DNA of 64,000 nt from Bacteroidota bacterium (GCA_018267385.1 JAFDYN010000002.1:130548-194547), one strand, 5' to 3'; counted from the stretch's first letter, positions 18,857 to 29,011 are shown. A program made the numbers and translations. Notes: generated by a model not told the origin, from the letters alone.

Positions 18857-18886
18857 AGTAGGGGCCGGTCGCGACCGGCCCCTACT
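18857..18886. repeat. perfect 30-bp GC-rich palindrome (REP-like)
   Basis: AGTAGGGGCCGGTCG|CGACCGGCCCCTACT. It resembles the imperfect palindrome at 57427..57458. Confidence 0.6.
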
Positions 18887-18957
18887 AATTTGCGCATAGC
18901 GTATGACCTTCGCGATAAATTGTATTATTGCTGCTCACTTCATGCATGAAATTATCA

Positions 18958-19419
18958 ATGGTAACTATCCGGAAAGCAACCCGATCTGACGCACCACAAA
19001 TTCTTGGTCTCATCCGCGAGCTGGCGCTTTTTGAGAAAGCACCGGAAGCGGTGTGGAATACTGAGGCTGAGATACTAGAGGAGGGCTTTGGTGACCATCC
19101 CTATTTCTTCGCATTTGTGGCGGAGGCGGCAGATGGAGAGATAGTAGGCATGGCGGTGTATCACTGGGCATATTCCACGTGGAAGGGTAAATACATGTTT
19201 CTCGATGACCTCTATGTGAAGGAAAAAATGCGGGGCCATGGCATCGGCAAGCAATTGCTGGATGCTTTTCTCGCTGATGCCAAAGAACGCCGCGCTAATC
19301 TGGTGAAATGGCAAGTACTCCACTGGAATGAACCAGCGATCAATTTCTATAAGAAATATGAGGTGCTGATGGATAATGAATGGATAGACTGCAAGATCAT
19401 CTATCGCGAGCAGCCATGA
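18958..19419 (+). CDS. GNAT family N-acetyltransferase
   Basis: The ORF 18928..19419 opens with TTG. The ATG at 18958 (MVTIRKATRSD) or at 18946 is a more plausible start. It has a GNAT core (RGHGIGKQLL) and is diamine acetyltransferase-like. Confidence 0.8.
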   Translation: MVTIRKATRSDAPQILGLIRELALFEKAPEAVWNTEAEILEEGFGDHPYFFAFVAEAADGEIVGMAVYHWAYSTWKGKYMFLDDLYVKEKMRGHGIGKQLLDAFLADAKERRANLVKWQVLHWNEPAINFYKKYEVLMDNEWIDCKIIYREQP

Positions 19420-19484
19420 AACCTTCACTGATTTTAAAAAAATACATATTCAATTTTTACACTTTTAGTATTTAATCTCGCTTC

Positions 19485-20747
19485 ATGCAGGTTTACAAAT
19501 TTGGTGGTGCATCTGTAAAGGATGCCTCCGCAGTCAGGAATGTCGCAGCTATACTGCGAGAGAATAGCTCTAAAGACAAAGTAGTGGTGATCTCTGCTAT
19601 GGGCAAGACCACCAATGAACTGGAGAAAGTGGTAAATCTCTATGATGCAAAGGACGCCGCATGGCAGGCTGCGCTGGAGGGTGTATATGACAAACATCTA
19701 CCTATCATCCGCGACCTCTTTGATGGTAAAAGCGAAACTGCCGAAGCCACGGTCAAAGCGCTGATCGAGAAGGTTCGCACTTTCCTGCTGGCCAATCAGA
19801 CACATAACTATAACTTTATCTACGATCAGGTAGTATCACTGGGCGAGTATATCTCTACAGCCATCGTGAGCGCCTACTGCAATGCACAGGGCATCACTAA
19901 CCACTTTCTCGATGCCAAGGAGTGCATACACACTGACAATGCATATACCGAGGGCAAGATAGACTGGAAGAAAACCGAAAAAGCAATACAAACCGTGATA
20001 CCGGCCCTGACCAAAGATGCCTTTGTGATCACCCAGGGGTTTGTGGGCTGCACACCGGAGGGATTCACCACTACACTGGGCCGCGAGGGCTCCGACTACA
20101 CGGCGGCGATATTCTCTTTTTGCCTGGATGCAGAACGCATGACCGTGTGGAAAGATGTAGCCGGTGTGATGAATGGAGACCCGAAGGAGTTTCCCGATGC
20201 ACAGTTTCTGAGTGAGATCAGCTATCTGGAGGCCATAGAGATGACCTACTATGGTGCCAGCGTGATCCACCCCAAGACGATCAAGCCGCTGCAGAATAAG
20301 AATATCCCACTGGAGGTACGTTCCTTTGTAGACTCTGCCAAACGGGGCAGTGTGATATCGGCCAATGCGAATACAAGCTTCCTGCCGCCGGTGATCATCC
20401 TGAAGCGTGACCAGACGCTCCTCTCCTTCTCAGCAAAGGATTTTTCCTTCATCGCAGAAGACCACTTGTCCAAAGTGTTCTCCGTATTTGCCGCCCACCG
20501 CCTGCGCATCAATATGATGCAGAACGCTGCGATCAGCTTCTCCATCTGCGTAGATACCAAGAAAGAAAAAATTGAGAACATCATAGAAGAGCTGCAGGAT
20601 GACTTTCAGATAGTGCGCAACGAAAAGCTGACGCTACTCACTATACGCCACTACAATACAGGTATCATAGACCGCCTCACAAAGGATAAGGACATTCTTC
20701 TGCGTCAGATATCGCGCCAGACCATACAGGTATTGCTCAGGGAGTGA
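19485..20747 (+). CDS. lysC: aspartate kinase
   Basis: MQVYKFGGASV, VVVISAMGKTTN, GREGSDYTAA and a C-terminal ACT-like region. Confidence 0.88.
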   Translation: MQVYKFGGASVKDASAVRNVAAILRENSSKDKVVVISAMGKTTNELEKVVNLYDAKDAAWQAALEGVYDKHLPIIRDLFDGKSETAEATVKALIEKVRTFLLANQTHNYNFIYDQVVSLGEYISTAIVSAYCNAQGITNHFLDAKECIHTDNAYTEGKIDWKKTEKAIQTVIPALTKDAFVITQGFVGCTPEGFTTTLGREGSDYTAAIFSFCLDAERMTVWKDVAGVMNGDPKEFPDAQFLSEISYLEAIEMTYYGASVIHPKTIKPLQNKNIPLEVRSFVDSAKRGSVISANANTSFLPPVIILKRDQTLLSFSAKDFSFIAEDHLSKVFSVFAAHRLRINMMQNAAISFSICVDTKKEKIENIIEELQDDFQIVRNEKLTLLTIRHYNTGIIDRLTKDKDILLRQISRQTIQVLLRE

Positions 20748-21704
20748 TCAGCGTAGCTGTCGTGCTATATAGGCTGCTATAGAGTCACTCAATATAGCTG
20801 CACCATCGGCATTCAGGTGTTCATCTTCTATCCAATAATTTTTATTGTCATAAAAACTATCTGGCATCAAATAGACATCTGCCAACTGGCGATAATAACT
20901 TAAGTGTCGCGGTTTATGCCATGGATAGCCGTAGTTTGGGATATAGAGCATTAGGACCCGAGCGTGACTTTCCCGTGCCATCTGCATAATCCCCGAGATA
21001 TAGGACATAGGATAACGCAGCATAAGGCTATCTACCCAGGCGTTTCGCGGCTGACTATAATAGCGCTCCCATCTCCGCTGAGCACCTCTACGAAGTATGG
21101 CTGTATCGGCTACACCGTGTTGCCTATATATAGCCTGAGAAGGCTCCTCCCAGGTGGCATCATATTCTTTTATTCCCAGTTTACTCTGCAGATAGCTTAC
21201 CCTGACTCTAAAGGCATTGATAAAATCAGTGAAATATTGCACATCTACTATCGAGTATGGGACAAGTACATCAGCGATATCTGCTCTATATCCAAATTCG
21301 GGGTGGCTCAGATCAGGTTCTTCCTGCTTGACCTCCAATACGATCAGTTGAGGTCTTTTAGTCTTCAAAAGATCTTTGATAATCACATAATCCATATTGC
21401 GCCCTACACGGCAGATGGCGAGGTTAGCCAGACATCTATCTATTCTATGCGTCCGGAGCTTCCTATGCACTATGGAGTCGCTAATACCACACATGGTATG
21501 AGAAGTCCCTATAAAGGCGATATCTATAGGTGTGGAATCTTCGTAAAGCCTATGGTATATATAATTGGATTTAGGGGTACAATCACTTTTGGAAAATGCG
21601 TATTGATATCTTTTGTCTACTGGTAGCATCATGATACTAAAACATGATATGCCTACTAGAGCAAGAAAGAGGAAGAGTTTGATCAAAAAACGTTTCACGT
21701 ACAC
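20748..21704 (-). CDS. membrane-anchored hypothetical protein
   Basis: 318 aa with an N-terminal TM segment. Its composition is better than that of the antisense ORF 20964..21626. Confidence 0.5.
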   Translation of the reverse strand: MYVKRFLIKLFLFLALVGISCFSIMMLPVDKRYQYAFSKSDCTPKSNYIYHRLYEDSTPIDIAFIGTSHTMCGISDSIVHRKLRTHRIDRCLANLAICRVGRNMDYVIIKDLLKTKRPQLIVLEVKQEEPDLSHPEFGYRADIADVLVPYSIVDVQYFTDFINAFRVRVSYLQSKLGIKEYDATWEEPSQAIYRQHGVADTAILRRGAQRRWERYYSQPRNAWVDSLMLRYPMSYISGIMQMARESHARVLMLYIPNYGYPWHKPRHLSYYRQLADVYLMPDSFYDNKNYWIEDEHLNADGAAILSDSIAAYIARQLR

Positions 21705-21922
21705 GATTTAATCATCACCGGGTAGTGATCATTTCCATGAATTTACAGTTTTTTTCGAAAGGCGATCCCGGAGCAAAACTATATGTACCTCTGATTTTCA
21801 AAAATTTCTGACCTGCAAGGAAAACCTTTTTCGCGCAGGTACGTATAAGAATGCATACCCCTATAGCTCCCCCCGAGAGATATCACCCTTGATAGAAGAA
21901 GTATTATTTAACTGTATGCCGT

Positions 21923-22228
21923 ATGGCTGCAAAATGTATAACAATGGGTGCTGCTAAAAGAATGGACACAAACGAGCTGCTGAAAGTGACCTTTAAAAAT
22001 GAAACGAATTCACACACACAGGAGCGTATCAAAATGAAAGACCAGAAACTATATATGGCGATGTTGATGGGCAATAATTATTACAATAATGTTCGCATCA
22101 TCTTCAATACCGAAGAAGGTCAGAGTGAGATAGTATCACGCGTATGGGCCCGTACCGATAAATTTATCGTGCTCCGCGGTGGTGTCTTCATCCCGATCAA
22201 CTCGGTCGTAGATATCATACTCGACTAA
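21923..22228 (+). CDS. small hypothetical protein (start uncertain)
   Basis: 101-aa ORF followed by a strong terminator. The internal Met codons (MDTNELL, MKDQKLY) are alternative starts. Confidence 0.4.
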   Translation: MAAKCITMGAAKRMDTNELLKVTFKNETNSHTQERIKMKDQKLYMAMLMGNNYYNNVRIIFNTEEGQSEIVSRVWARTDKFIVLRGGVFIPINSVVDIILD

Positions 22229-22248
22229 AATTTTTCATTTGCAACAAT

Positions 22249-22276
22249 AAAAAAGCGGCTATATAGCCGCTTTTTG
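22249..22276. terminator. bidirectional rho-independent terminator
   Basis: AAAAAAGCGGCT-ATAT-AGCCGCTTTTT, between convergent genes. Confidence 0.75.
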
Positions 22277-22296
22277 CTTTTATATCTTCTGAATTA

Positions 22297-23556
22297 TCAG
22301 ATGAAGATCCTCATAGGCTCTTCCAGCATCTGCTTCAGCGTCTGCATAAATTTAGCGCCTACAGCGCCGTCTACAGCACGGTGGTCGGATGAGAGCGTGA
22401 GCTTCATCATGTTGCCCACTTTGATCTCGCCATTCACCACTATAGGTGTCTGGCGGATAGCGCCTACTGCCAGGATGCATGCATTAGGCTCATTGATGAT
22501 CGCGGTGAACTCTTCTATGCCAAACATACCAAGATTAGAGATGGTAAAGGTACTGCCCTCCATGTCTGCCGGCAGTAGTTTCTTGTTCTTGGCCTTCTCT
22601 CCCCAGTTCTTAGCTTCTGCCGCTATATCAGAGATGCTCTTATTATCTGCAAATTTGATGACCGGTACCAGCAGTCCCTCGTCTACTGCTACTGCCATAC
22701 CGATATGGATGTGGCTATAGCGGCGGATCGTATCTCCCAGCCATGAGCTATTCACAGCAGGATGCTGACGCAGGCTGAGGGCTACTGCTTTGATCACAAA
22801 GTCATTGAAAGATACCTTTGCCGGTAGCAGGTTATTCAGCTCCGTACGCAGCGCCACGGCCTTATCCATATTGACATCTACAGTGAGGTAGAAGTGCGGA
22901 TTGTCATTTTTAGATTGCGTCAGGCGCTTAGCTATGCTCTTGCGCATCTGAGACACCTTGGTATCAGTGTATGACTCCTGACCGGTATAGGTTTTAGCCG
23001 CTGGTGCTGTGGCAGGCGTAGGGCTCACATTCTCCAGGTCTTTCTTCACTATACGGCCCTCCTCTCCGGATCCATTGACTTTAGAGAGGTCTATGCCCTT
23101 TTCTTTTGCTATGGCCTTGGCGAGTGGAGAGGCTTTCACACGGCCATCTTCCGGCGTTACGGCACTTGTAGCAGGCTGCTGTACAGGGGCGCTGGCAGAT
23201 ACCTGCTGCGTAGATGCCTTGCTCTCTGCAGCCGGCTGTTGCGCAGGGGCTTCTGACTTTTCCTCTTTCTTAGAGGTTGCTGCGCCGCTATCATTCAGCA
23301 GTGCGGAAAAGTCCTCTCCTTGCTTGCCCACTACAGCCACCAGCGAATTGATGGGCAGTGTATCGCCTTTTTTTACTGCTATGTGTAGGATCGTACCATT
23401 ATAATATGATTCCAGGGGGAGCGTCGCTTTGTCTGTTTCTATATCCGCTATAGCATCGCCTACTTTTACAGTATCGCCTACTTTCACATTGATCTCTGCT
23501 ACAAATCCTTCCTCCATCGTGTCGGTCATCCGGCCCAGTCTGATCGCTTCTGCCAT
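22297..23556 (-). CDS. 2-oxoacid (pyruvate) dehydrogenase complex E2, dihydrolipoamide acyltransferase
   Basis: Lipoyl domain (IETDKATLPLES), E3-binding domain (ASPLAKAIAKEKGIDLSKVNGSG..GRI.KKD) and catalytic DHRAVDGA. Confidence 0.92.
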   Translation of the reverse strand: MAEAIRLGRMTDTMEEGFVAEINVKVGDTVKVGDAIADIETDKATLPLESYYNGTILHIAVKKGDTLPINSLVAVVGKQGEDFSALLNDSGAATSKKEEKSEAPAQQPAAESKASTQQVSASAPVQQPATSAVTPEDGRVKASPLAKAIAKEKGIDLSKVNGSGEEGRIVKKDLENVSPTPATAPAAKTYTGQESYTDTKVSQMRKSIAKRLTQSKNDNPHFYLTVDVNMDKAVALRTELNNLLPAKVSFNDFVIKAVALSLRQHPAVNSSWLGDTIRRYSHIHIGMAVAVDEGLLVPVIKFADNKSISDIAAEAKNWGEKAKNKKLLPADMEGSTFTISNLGMFGIEEFTAIINEPNACILAVGAIRQTPIVVNGEIKVGNMMKLTLSSDHRAVDGAVGAKFMQTLKQMLEEPMRIFI

Positions 23557-23617
23557 GTCTGCTTATTTTACATCCAAAAGTATTGATTTTTCGCAAACCG
23601 ACCCCACTTCGCTATAG

Positions 23618-23648
23618 CAAAAAGCCCCTGCCTTTCCGGGCAGGGGCT
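23618..23648 (-). terminator. rho-independent terminator of the T9SS-substrate gene
   Basis: AGCCCCTGCC-TTTCCG-GGCAGGGGCT, with a T run on the minus strand. Confidence 0.7.
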
Positions 23649-23673
23649 GAGGGAGAAAGATCAAATCGTATTC

Positions 23674-25578
23674 TTATTTCACAGCGAGCCTGATGGCTGC
23701 GTGTGCTGTTTCTGTAGTGACATTGATGATATAGACGCCTGCGCTCATGTCTGCCGTTTCAAACTTGAAAGCATACTTGCCCGCAGCTACATTCTTCTGA
23801 TCCATGATGGTCTTTACCTGATTGCCCATCATATCATAGATAGTGATATTCAGGTCAGAGTTATTGGCCAGTGCATAGCCTATCACAGCTTCATTCTGTG
23901 CAGGATTGGGAGCTACCTGGAGGTAGAGTTTCTCCTCACTGTAGGTAGGTATACCTGTAGAGGTAGAGCGGCTGTCGTAGTCCGTGTTGTTTGGATCCCA
24001 GTTAGTCCAGCCGGCAGTCCACTTGTCGCTATTGGCATTCTGCGCACCGATATGGTTTTCCGGCGTGAAGAAGGAGCTGGACAGCTTGCTGCTGGTCAGG
24101 TTTGGCACCAGTGTAGGGGCATTGTAGTTGATAAAGAGAGCCGTAGTATCTGTATTGATCGGTTTGGTAGGATCGTATGGATATACCTTGCCGTTTGAGA
24201 ATGGATCCAGTGTACCACCTGCTGTCACATAAGAAGGCAGGGCGGTAGAGTTGTATGATATAGGTGAAGTGCTGGTAGGGGTAAAATCAGGATTGGTAAG
24301 GTTAAATGGATTCTGGATGCGAAGGCCATTTTGCTCAGTGGCATAGATCTTATCCTTATTGGCAGGATCCTTGATAAAAGCCCAAGGGCCGGACCATGGA
24401 CCAAATGAGAACACACCGCTACCCGTGGTATCAGGGCTAGGCAGGTTAGTGGCTGTGAGAGAGCGGGCACCATTGTATACCAGTACTACTTCTTTGCCGC
24501 CACCTACAGCATTCAGTTGGATACCAGCTATAGCGTTGTTCTTAAACTCAGCCGCACCGCTCACGAGATTGGCTATAGTAGATCCGAAAGCTGTAGAGTC
24601 AGACTCATCTATCAGGAGACCTGCAGGATAGCCTACCACTACGCTATTGAGGAGGCTCATAGAGCTACCACGGCGCATATGCACACCTGCTACGAACTGA
24701 GGATCATAGGCTGTAGAGCTTGGTTGGACCAGCGGACCTACTACAGTATAATTGGTAAATACCGGGTGTGTAGGCATTGTATTGCCGCCGAGGCCAGTCA
24801 CAGTACCATTCTGATAGCTATCAGACTCCCAGGCTTTAGAGCCGGAGTTATCTGCTGCATATGGGTCGCGGAGACCGATGCCATATTGGTTGAGACCGGC
24901 ATAGCCGTTATCATTGTCAAAATCATCATCCCATCCAGCAAAGGCCACGAGATTTTTTGTATTTACAGTACCGCCAAACCACTCATAAGAATCATCTCCT
25001 GAGTAAGATACTTGTATGTGATCTATTTGGGTCGCATCACCCACAGAGCAAAATGTGAGGCCGTTGATCTCATTGTTTGGAGAGAAGGCGATACCGGGAA
25101 ACTCGATACGCACATAGTGCATTTCACCTGAGTTGTCATGAGGATCCGTACCACCATAGAGTGAGCGTGGACCACCTTCTACCTGTGCTGTACCTGACGA
25201 CCAGTTGTTAGGAGATTTGCCGCAGAGGATCACACCACCCCAGTCACCATAAGAACGATTGCCCAGAGCCTCATTTGAAGTGAAAACGATAGGCTGAGAC
25301 GCCGTACCCATGGCCATGAGCTTGGCACCACGCTCCACTATCAGAGAGCCTTTGGTTTGCTTATCGCCGCGGATCACTGTGCCCGGATCTATGGTCAGAG
25401 TCGTACCATTGGTCACATATACATATCCCTTCAGAAGGTATTGACGGTCGTTAGTCCAATGCGTATCTGTAGAGATGCTATCCTGTACCGTGACCTTGGT
25501 AAATGATTGCGCAGATACCGCGCCACAGAAACCCAGTGCCATCAGACAGGTCGTGAGTCTTTGATAAAAGTTTTTCAT
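23674..25578 (-). CDS. secreted protein of unknown function with a T9SS C-terminal sorting domain
   Basis: The signal peptide begins at the internal Met (MKNFYQRLTTCLMALGFCGAVSAQ). The C terminus is LQVAPNPAQNEAVI...ITIYDMMGNQV...GVYIINV....IRLAVK, which is T9SS CTD-like. Confidence 0.75.
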   Translation of the reverse strand: MKNFYQRLTTCLMALGFCGAVSAQSFTKVTVQDSISTDTHWTNDRQYLLKGYVYVTNGTTLTIDPGTVIRGDKQTKGSLIVERGAKLMAMGTASQPIVFTSNEALGNRSYGDWGGVILCGKSPNNWSSGTAQVEGGPRSLYGGTDPHDNSGEMHYVRIEFPGIAFSPNNEINGLTFCSVGDATQIDHIQVSYSGDDSYEWFGGTVNTKNLVAFAGWDDDFDNDNGYAGLNQYGIGLRDPYAADNSGSKAWESDSYQNGTVTGLGGNTMPTHPVFTNYTVVGPLVQPSSTAYDPQFVAGVHMRRGSSMSLLNSVVVGYPAGLLIDESDSTAFGSTIANLVSGAAEFKNNAIAGIQLNAVGGGKEVVLVYNGARSLTATNLPSPDTTGSGVFSFGPWSGPWAFIKDPANKDKIYATEQNGLRIQNPFNLTNPDFTPTSTSPISYNSTALPSYVTAGGTLDPFSNGKVYPYDPTKPINTDTTALFINYNAPTLVPNLTSSKLSSSFFTPENHIGAQNANSDKWTAGWTNWDPNNTDYDSRSTSTGIPTYSEEKLYLQVAPNPAQNEAVIGYALANNSDLNITIYDMMGNQVKTIMDQKNVAAGKYAFKFETADMSAGVYIINVTTETAHAAIRLAVK

Positions 25579-25683
25579 TGTGCTTATTTTTTGTTGGCGC
25601 AAAAGTCCATTGTAGATGTTACCAAATATTTATGTGCCGGTTAAGGTTAGGCTACTCTGGTCCCACTTATGCACACTCAGGCC

Positions 25684-26085
25684 CTAGCTATCAGGGGCAC
25701 CCAGGCTGATCCAGGCCTTGATAATAGCAATGGAAGAATCCGGCATCTTATATGAAGGCGGCATTACCAAAACACCCGAACCGTGATCGATAGCCCTCAT
25801 GAATTTCGATCCATAAATGCTGTCGTTGTGATAGTAATAGTTTAGATAAAATTTTAGCTGCGAGAAATCCTCTATATCTAAACCGGCAGCGCCCCCGGCA
25901 GAAGCAGAGTCCGAATGACAACTGTAACAGTGCGTTTGAAAAATGGGCTGGACACAACTGCGGTAGCTGACAGACATGCTATCACAGATGATTTGGCCTG
26001 ATGCCGGTATTACTGCTTTATCTCTCGTACAGCTTTGGTCTGTCACAATGGCCACAAGCAGGACTATGATGATCTGCAGCCGCAT
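25684..26085 (-). CDS. small lipoprotein with a CxxCH haem-binding motif (PSCyt1-like cytochrome c domain)
   Basis: VQPIFQTHCYSCHSD ... VLVMPP ... IAIIKAWISLGAP matches the planctomycete-type cytochrome c domain pattern. Its start overlaps the TBDR stop (TGATG). Confidence 0.6.
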   Translation of the reverse strand: MRLQIIIVLLVAIVTDQSCTRDKAVIPASGQIICDSMSVSYRSCVQPIFQTHCYSCHSDSASAGGAAGLDIEDFSQLKFYLNYYYHNDSIYGSKFMRAIDHGSGVLVMPPSYKMPDSSIAIIKAWISLGAPDS

Positions 26086-28877
26086 CAGAACTTCGCTCTT
26101 ATACCTACAGAATAGTAGCGATTCATCACATAGCTGCGGATCTCCCTATCCAGGCCATGCTTTGTATCAAATTTTCCGTTGCGGTCTATATCGAGTACCA
26201 AGCGTGATGACTGTGCCAGTATGTCCTGTATAGCCACGATAAATGTAAGGTGCTTCAGTACTGTATATGACAGTGTCAGATCCAGGCTATGCTTTGGCAT
26301 CTCTCCGATATTGGGATAAAACTGATTGCCTATGGCGTATATCCTTGGTCCCGAAACGTTATATAGCAGAGAGGCTTGCAGGCCTATGCTATCATTCTGG
26401 TAGTATAGGCCTGCATTTACAATATATGGTGATTGACCCTGTAGCTGCGTAGTGTGGCTCAGTGAGGGCAGATCTGGCAGGTATAGCCTGGAGTAGATAT
26501 AGGCCGCGTTTAAAACAAGATTGAAGTCTGCCATCACATTGCGACCGGAGTGCTGCATGAATCCAAGGTTTTTGCGGATATCCACCTCCAATCCTGCCGT
26601 ATAGGCATGGTCACCGTTGATAAATGTGAAGCCCTTACTATCATTGCCTCCTGTAGGTGTGATCACCTGCTGGATCGGATCTTTGAAGTATTTGAAGAAA
26701 CCACCCACATGTACCATATCGCCCGGTGATGGATAAAATTCATAGCGCAGGTCGACATTCTGGATCTTAGCTACATTGAGCACGGTACCGTTAGGATAAA
26801 ACACCGTAGGGAATAGTGAGCCGTAGTTGCCCGCGCTGAGCTGGAAGTCATAAAAATAGAATGGCGACCATTCCCTAAACTCTGGCCTATTGACTGTCAT
26901 ACCATAGGCCACACGTACCAGCATATTCTTATGCACGTTAAATGCGGCATTGACCGATGGCAGTACAAAGTGCGTGACTATACTTGGGCTCACACTATCC
27001 AGGTTCACATGGCTCTGCAGGGATTGCTTATTGTACTCATGGCGGACACCCACTATGATCTTCACAATGTTCTCTACAGGCAAAACAAAATTGACGTAGG
27101 TAGCTATCTGCAGGTTTTGAGCTTTGTATGCATCTGAGGGGCTGGTGATCTCATCCAGGCGGAAATTTGTAGCCTCGCCCACAGCAGTCGGATCAAATAT
27201 CGTAGAAAGTGGCTGCTCCAGCAGATGCTGTGCCGTAGCGCTCGGCTTGATGGTGTAGCCTATCAGCCGCGCAGCAAAACTGCGCATTTTGTACTCTACA
27301 TAGTTGCCGGCAGAGAGTTCAAAGGTATATCCCGGAGCCTTGACCTGCTGCCTTATACCATGATTGAATGAGACTACGTGCTCTTTGAGATCTGAGTAGA
27401 AGCGTCCGCCACCGTTTACCGGGTCTACTACGTTTGCTATCTGTGCCTTGTAGGCTGAGTCAAAGGGGTTGTACGCAAATTTGATCCTTTTAAAGTCAGG
27501 TTCTTTGCGTGCGCTGTATGCGTAGCTGAGATTCCAGTTGTATATGGTGGACTCATCATTAAAGTTATGCCCACCGGCCAGCTGCGTGAGCGCTGTGGTA
27601 CGCTGCTGGTAGTACTCCGCATAGAATCGTTCATTCTTTCCATTAAATGTGTCATTGCGCAGAGTGGTCTGAGACATACCCATCTGATTGAGCAGGGCTT
27701 TGATCTCTATCTGATTGCCTCCCCATTTGAATGCCATATTCTCCATGATACCGCTATACACTGTACGAGTACTGACGGTATCAGTTTGCTCCAGATTCTT
27801 GCCCACAGAGTCATAGTCAGCTCTGCGTATCAGATAGGTAGACTGAGTATTGGTATAGGTGAGCGCGGTCGTATTGCCAAACTGAAATTTCCCCTTTTTT
27901 ACCACCCGCTGGAGGGTCAGAGATGCCCGCTGGTCCGGTATAGCCTGGCCGCGGTTGATACCCCAATCATTATTAAATGCCTTGGTGATCGCACCGATAT
28001 TTGAAATATTTTTCTGGATATAAGAAGGCGTACCTGCGGGCATATTCCTGTAGCCATTATCAAAGCCCAGCATATCGGTCTTGCTGCCCTGAGTACTAAA
28101 AAACGGCTTGAAGGTGCTTCCTTCTCGGAATGAGGTAGTATAACTTACGGTCACCGAGTTTTTCTCCGGCATAGCCGGTGTGTAGATCTTCACCATGCCC
28201 CCTGCAAAATCTCCCGGCAGCTCCGCAGATGGAGTCTTGTAGATCAGTATCCGCTCTATCATGCCGCTAGGTATCACATCAAAAGAGAAGGCACGGCGGT
28301 CTGCCTCGGAGCTCGGAGCCCCCGCATCATTCAGAAATACATTGTTATACCGGTCACTGAGGCCACGGATATTAATGAAGCGGCCATCCACTATCGTGAC
28401 ACCGGGTATACGCTTCACTACGTCTGCTGCGCTACGATCCTGTGTCTTTTGTATTTGTGCAGAGGATATACCGCTTACTATACTATTGGCTTTGCGTATC
28501 TCCATATTCACGGCATTCTCTGTATTTCTGCGACGCACCTCCTGCACAGTCACCTCCTTTATCTTTTGCGTCTCCGGCTCTAGCGCTACATCCTTTGTAT
28601 TGGGCCCTTCATTGATCAGTATCTCCTGATTGATAGTAGTGTAGGATACGTAGCTGATCCTGATCATGTGGCGGCCGGCAGGTATATTTTCGATAGTGTA
28701 TTGGCCGTCGTAGTCGGTCTGTGCTGCCATGGTCGTGCTGCTGTCTATCATCACTATGGCACCGATCACAGCCTGCTTCTTATCATCTATGATGTGTCCG
28801 GATAGCGTGCCTCCCGCCACTGCATTTAGGGTCAGCAATAAAAACAGAAGGAATAAGGATATAGATCTTCTCATCAT
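26085..28877 (-). CDS. TonB-dependent receptor (CarboxypepD_reg + plug + beta-barrel)
   Basis: 930 aa with a signal peptide, an N-terminal carboxypeptidase-regulatory-like domain, a plug (VVKRIPGVTIVDGRFINIRGL) and a terminal aromatic residue (RAKF). Confidence 0.9.
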   Translation of the reverse strand: MMRRSISLFLLFLLLTLNAVAGGTLSGHIIDDKKQAVIGAIVMIDSSTTMAAQTDYDGQYTIENIPAGRHMIRISYVSYTTINQEILINEGPNTKDVALEPETQKIKEVTVQEVRRRNTENAVNMEIRKANSIVSGISSAQIQKTQDRSAADVVKRIPGVTIVDGRFINIRGLSDRYNNVFLNDAGAPSSEADRRAFSFDVIPSGMIERILIYKTPSAELPGDFAGGMVKIYTPAMPEKNSVTVSYTTSFREGSTFKPFFSTQGSKTDMLGFDNGYRNMPAGTPSYIQKNISNIGAITKAFNNDWGINRGQAIPDQRASLTLQRVVKKGKFQFGNTTALTYTNTQSTYLIRRADYDSVGKNLEQTDTVSTRTVYSGIMENMAFKWGGNQIEIKALLNQMGMSQTTLRNDTFNGKNERFYAEYYQQRTTALTQLAGGHNFNDESTIYNWNLSYAYSARKEPDFKRIKFAYNPFDSAYKAQIANVVDPVNGGGRFYSDLKEHVVSFNHGIRQQVKAPGYTFELSAGNYVEYKMRSFAARLIGYTIKPSATAQHLLEQPLSTIFDPTAVGEATNFRLDEITSPSDAYKAQNLQIATYVNFVLPVENIVKIIVGVRHEYNKQSLQSHVNLDSVSPSIVTHFVLPSVNAAFNVHKNMLVRVAYGMTVNRPEFREWSPFYFYDFQLSAGNYGSLFPTVFYPNGTVLNVAKIQNVDLRYEFYPSPGDMVHVGGFFKYFKDPIQQVITPTGGNDSKGFTFINGDHAYTAGLEVDIRKNLGFMQHSGRNVMADFNLVLNAAYIYSRLYLPDLPSLSHTTQLQGQSPYIVNAGLYYQNDSIGLQASLLYNVSGPRIYAIGNQFYPNIGEMPKHSLDLTLSYTVLKHLTFIVAIQDILAQSSRLVLDIDRNGKFDTKHGLDREIRSYVMNRYYSVGIRAKF

Positions 28878-29011
28878 ACTTCAGGTGGCTTATTGGCCGC
28901 GAAAATATCTTTGGCAAAAAGCCAAAACATTTCCTAAACGTTAAGCAATCATTAACACAGTAGATATGCACATTATATGGTCGCTCTACTCACATTTATT
29001 AAACTTATGTT

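Noticed and set aside
19420-19484. Lysine riboswitch upstream of aspartate kinase.
   Set aside because: The intergenic region is only about 65 bp, which is too short for an L-box.
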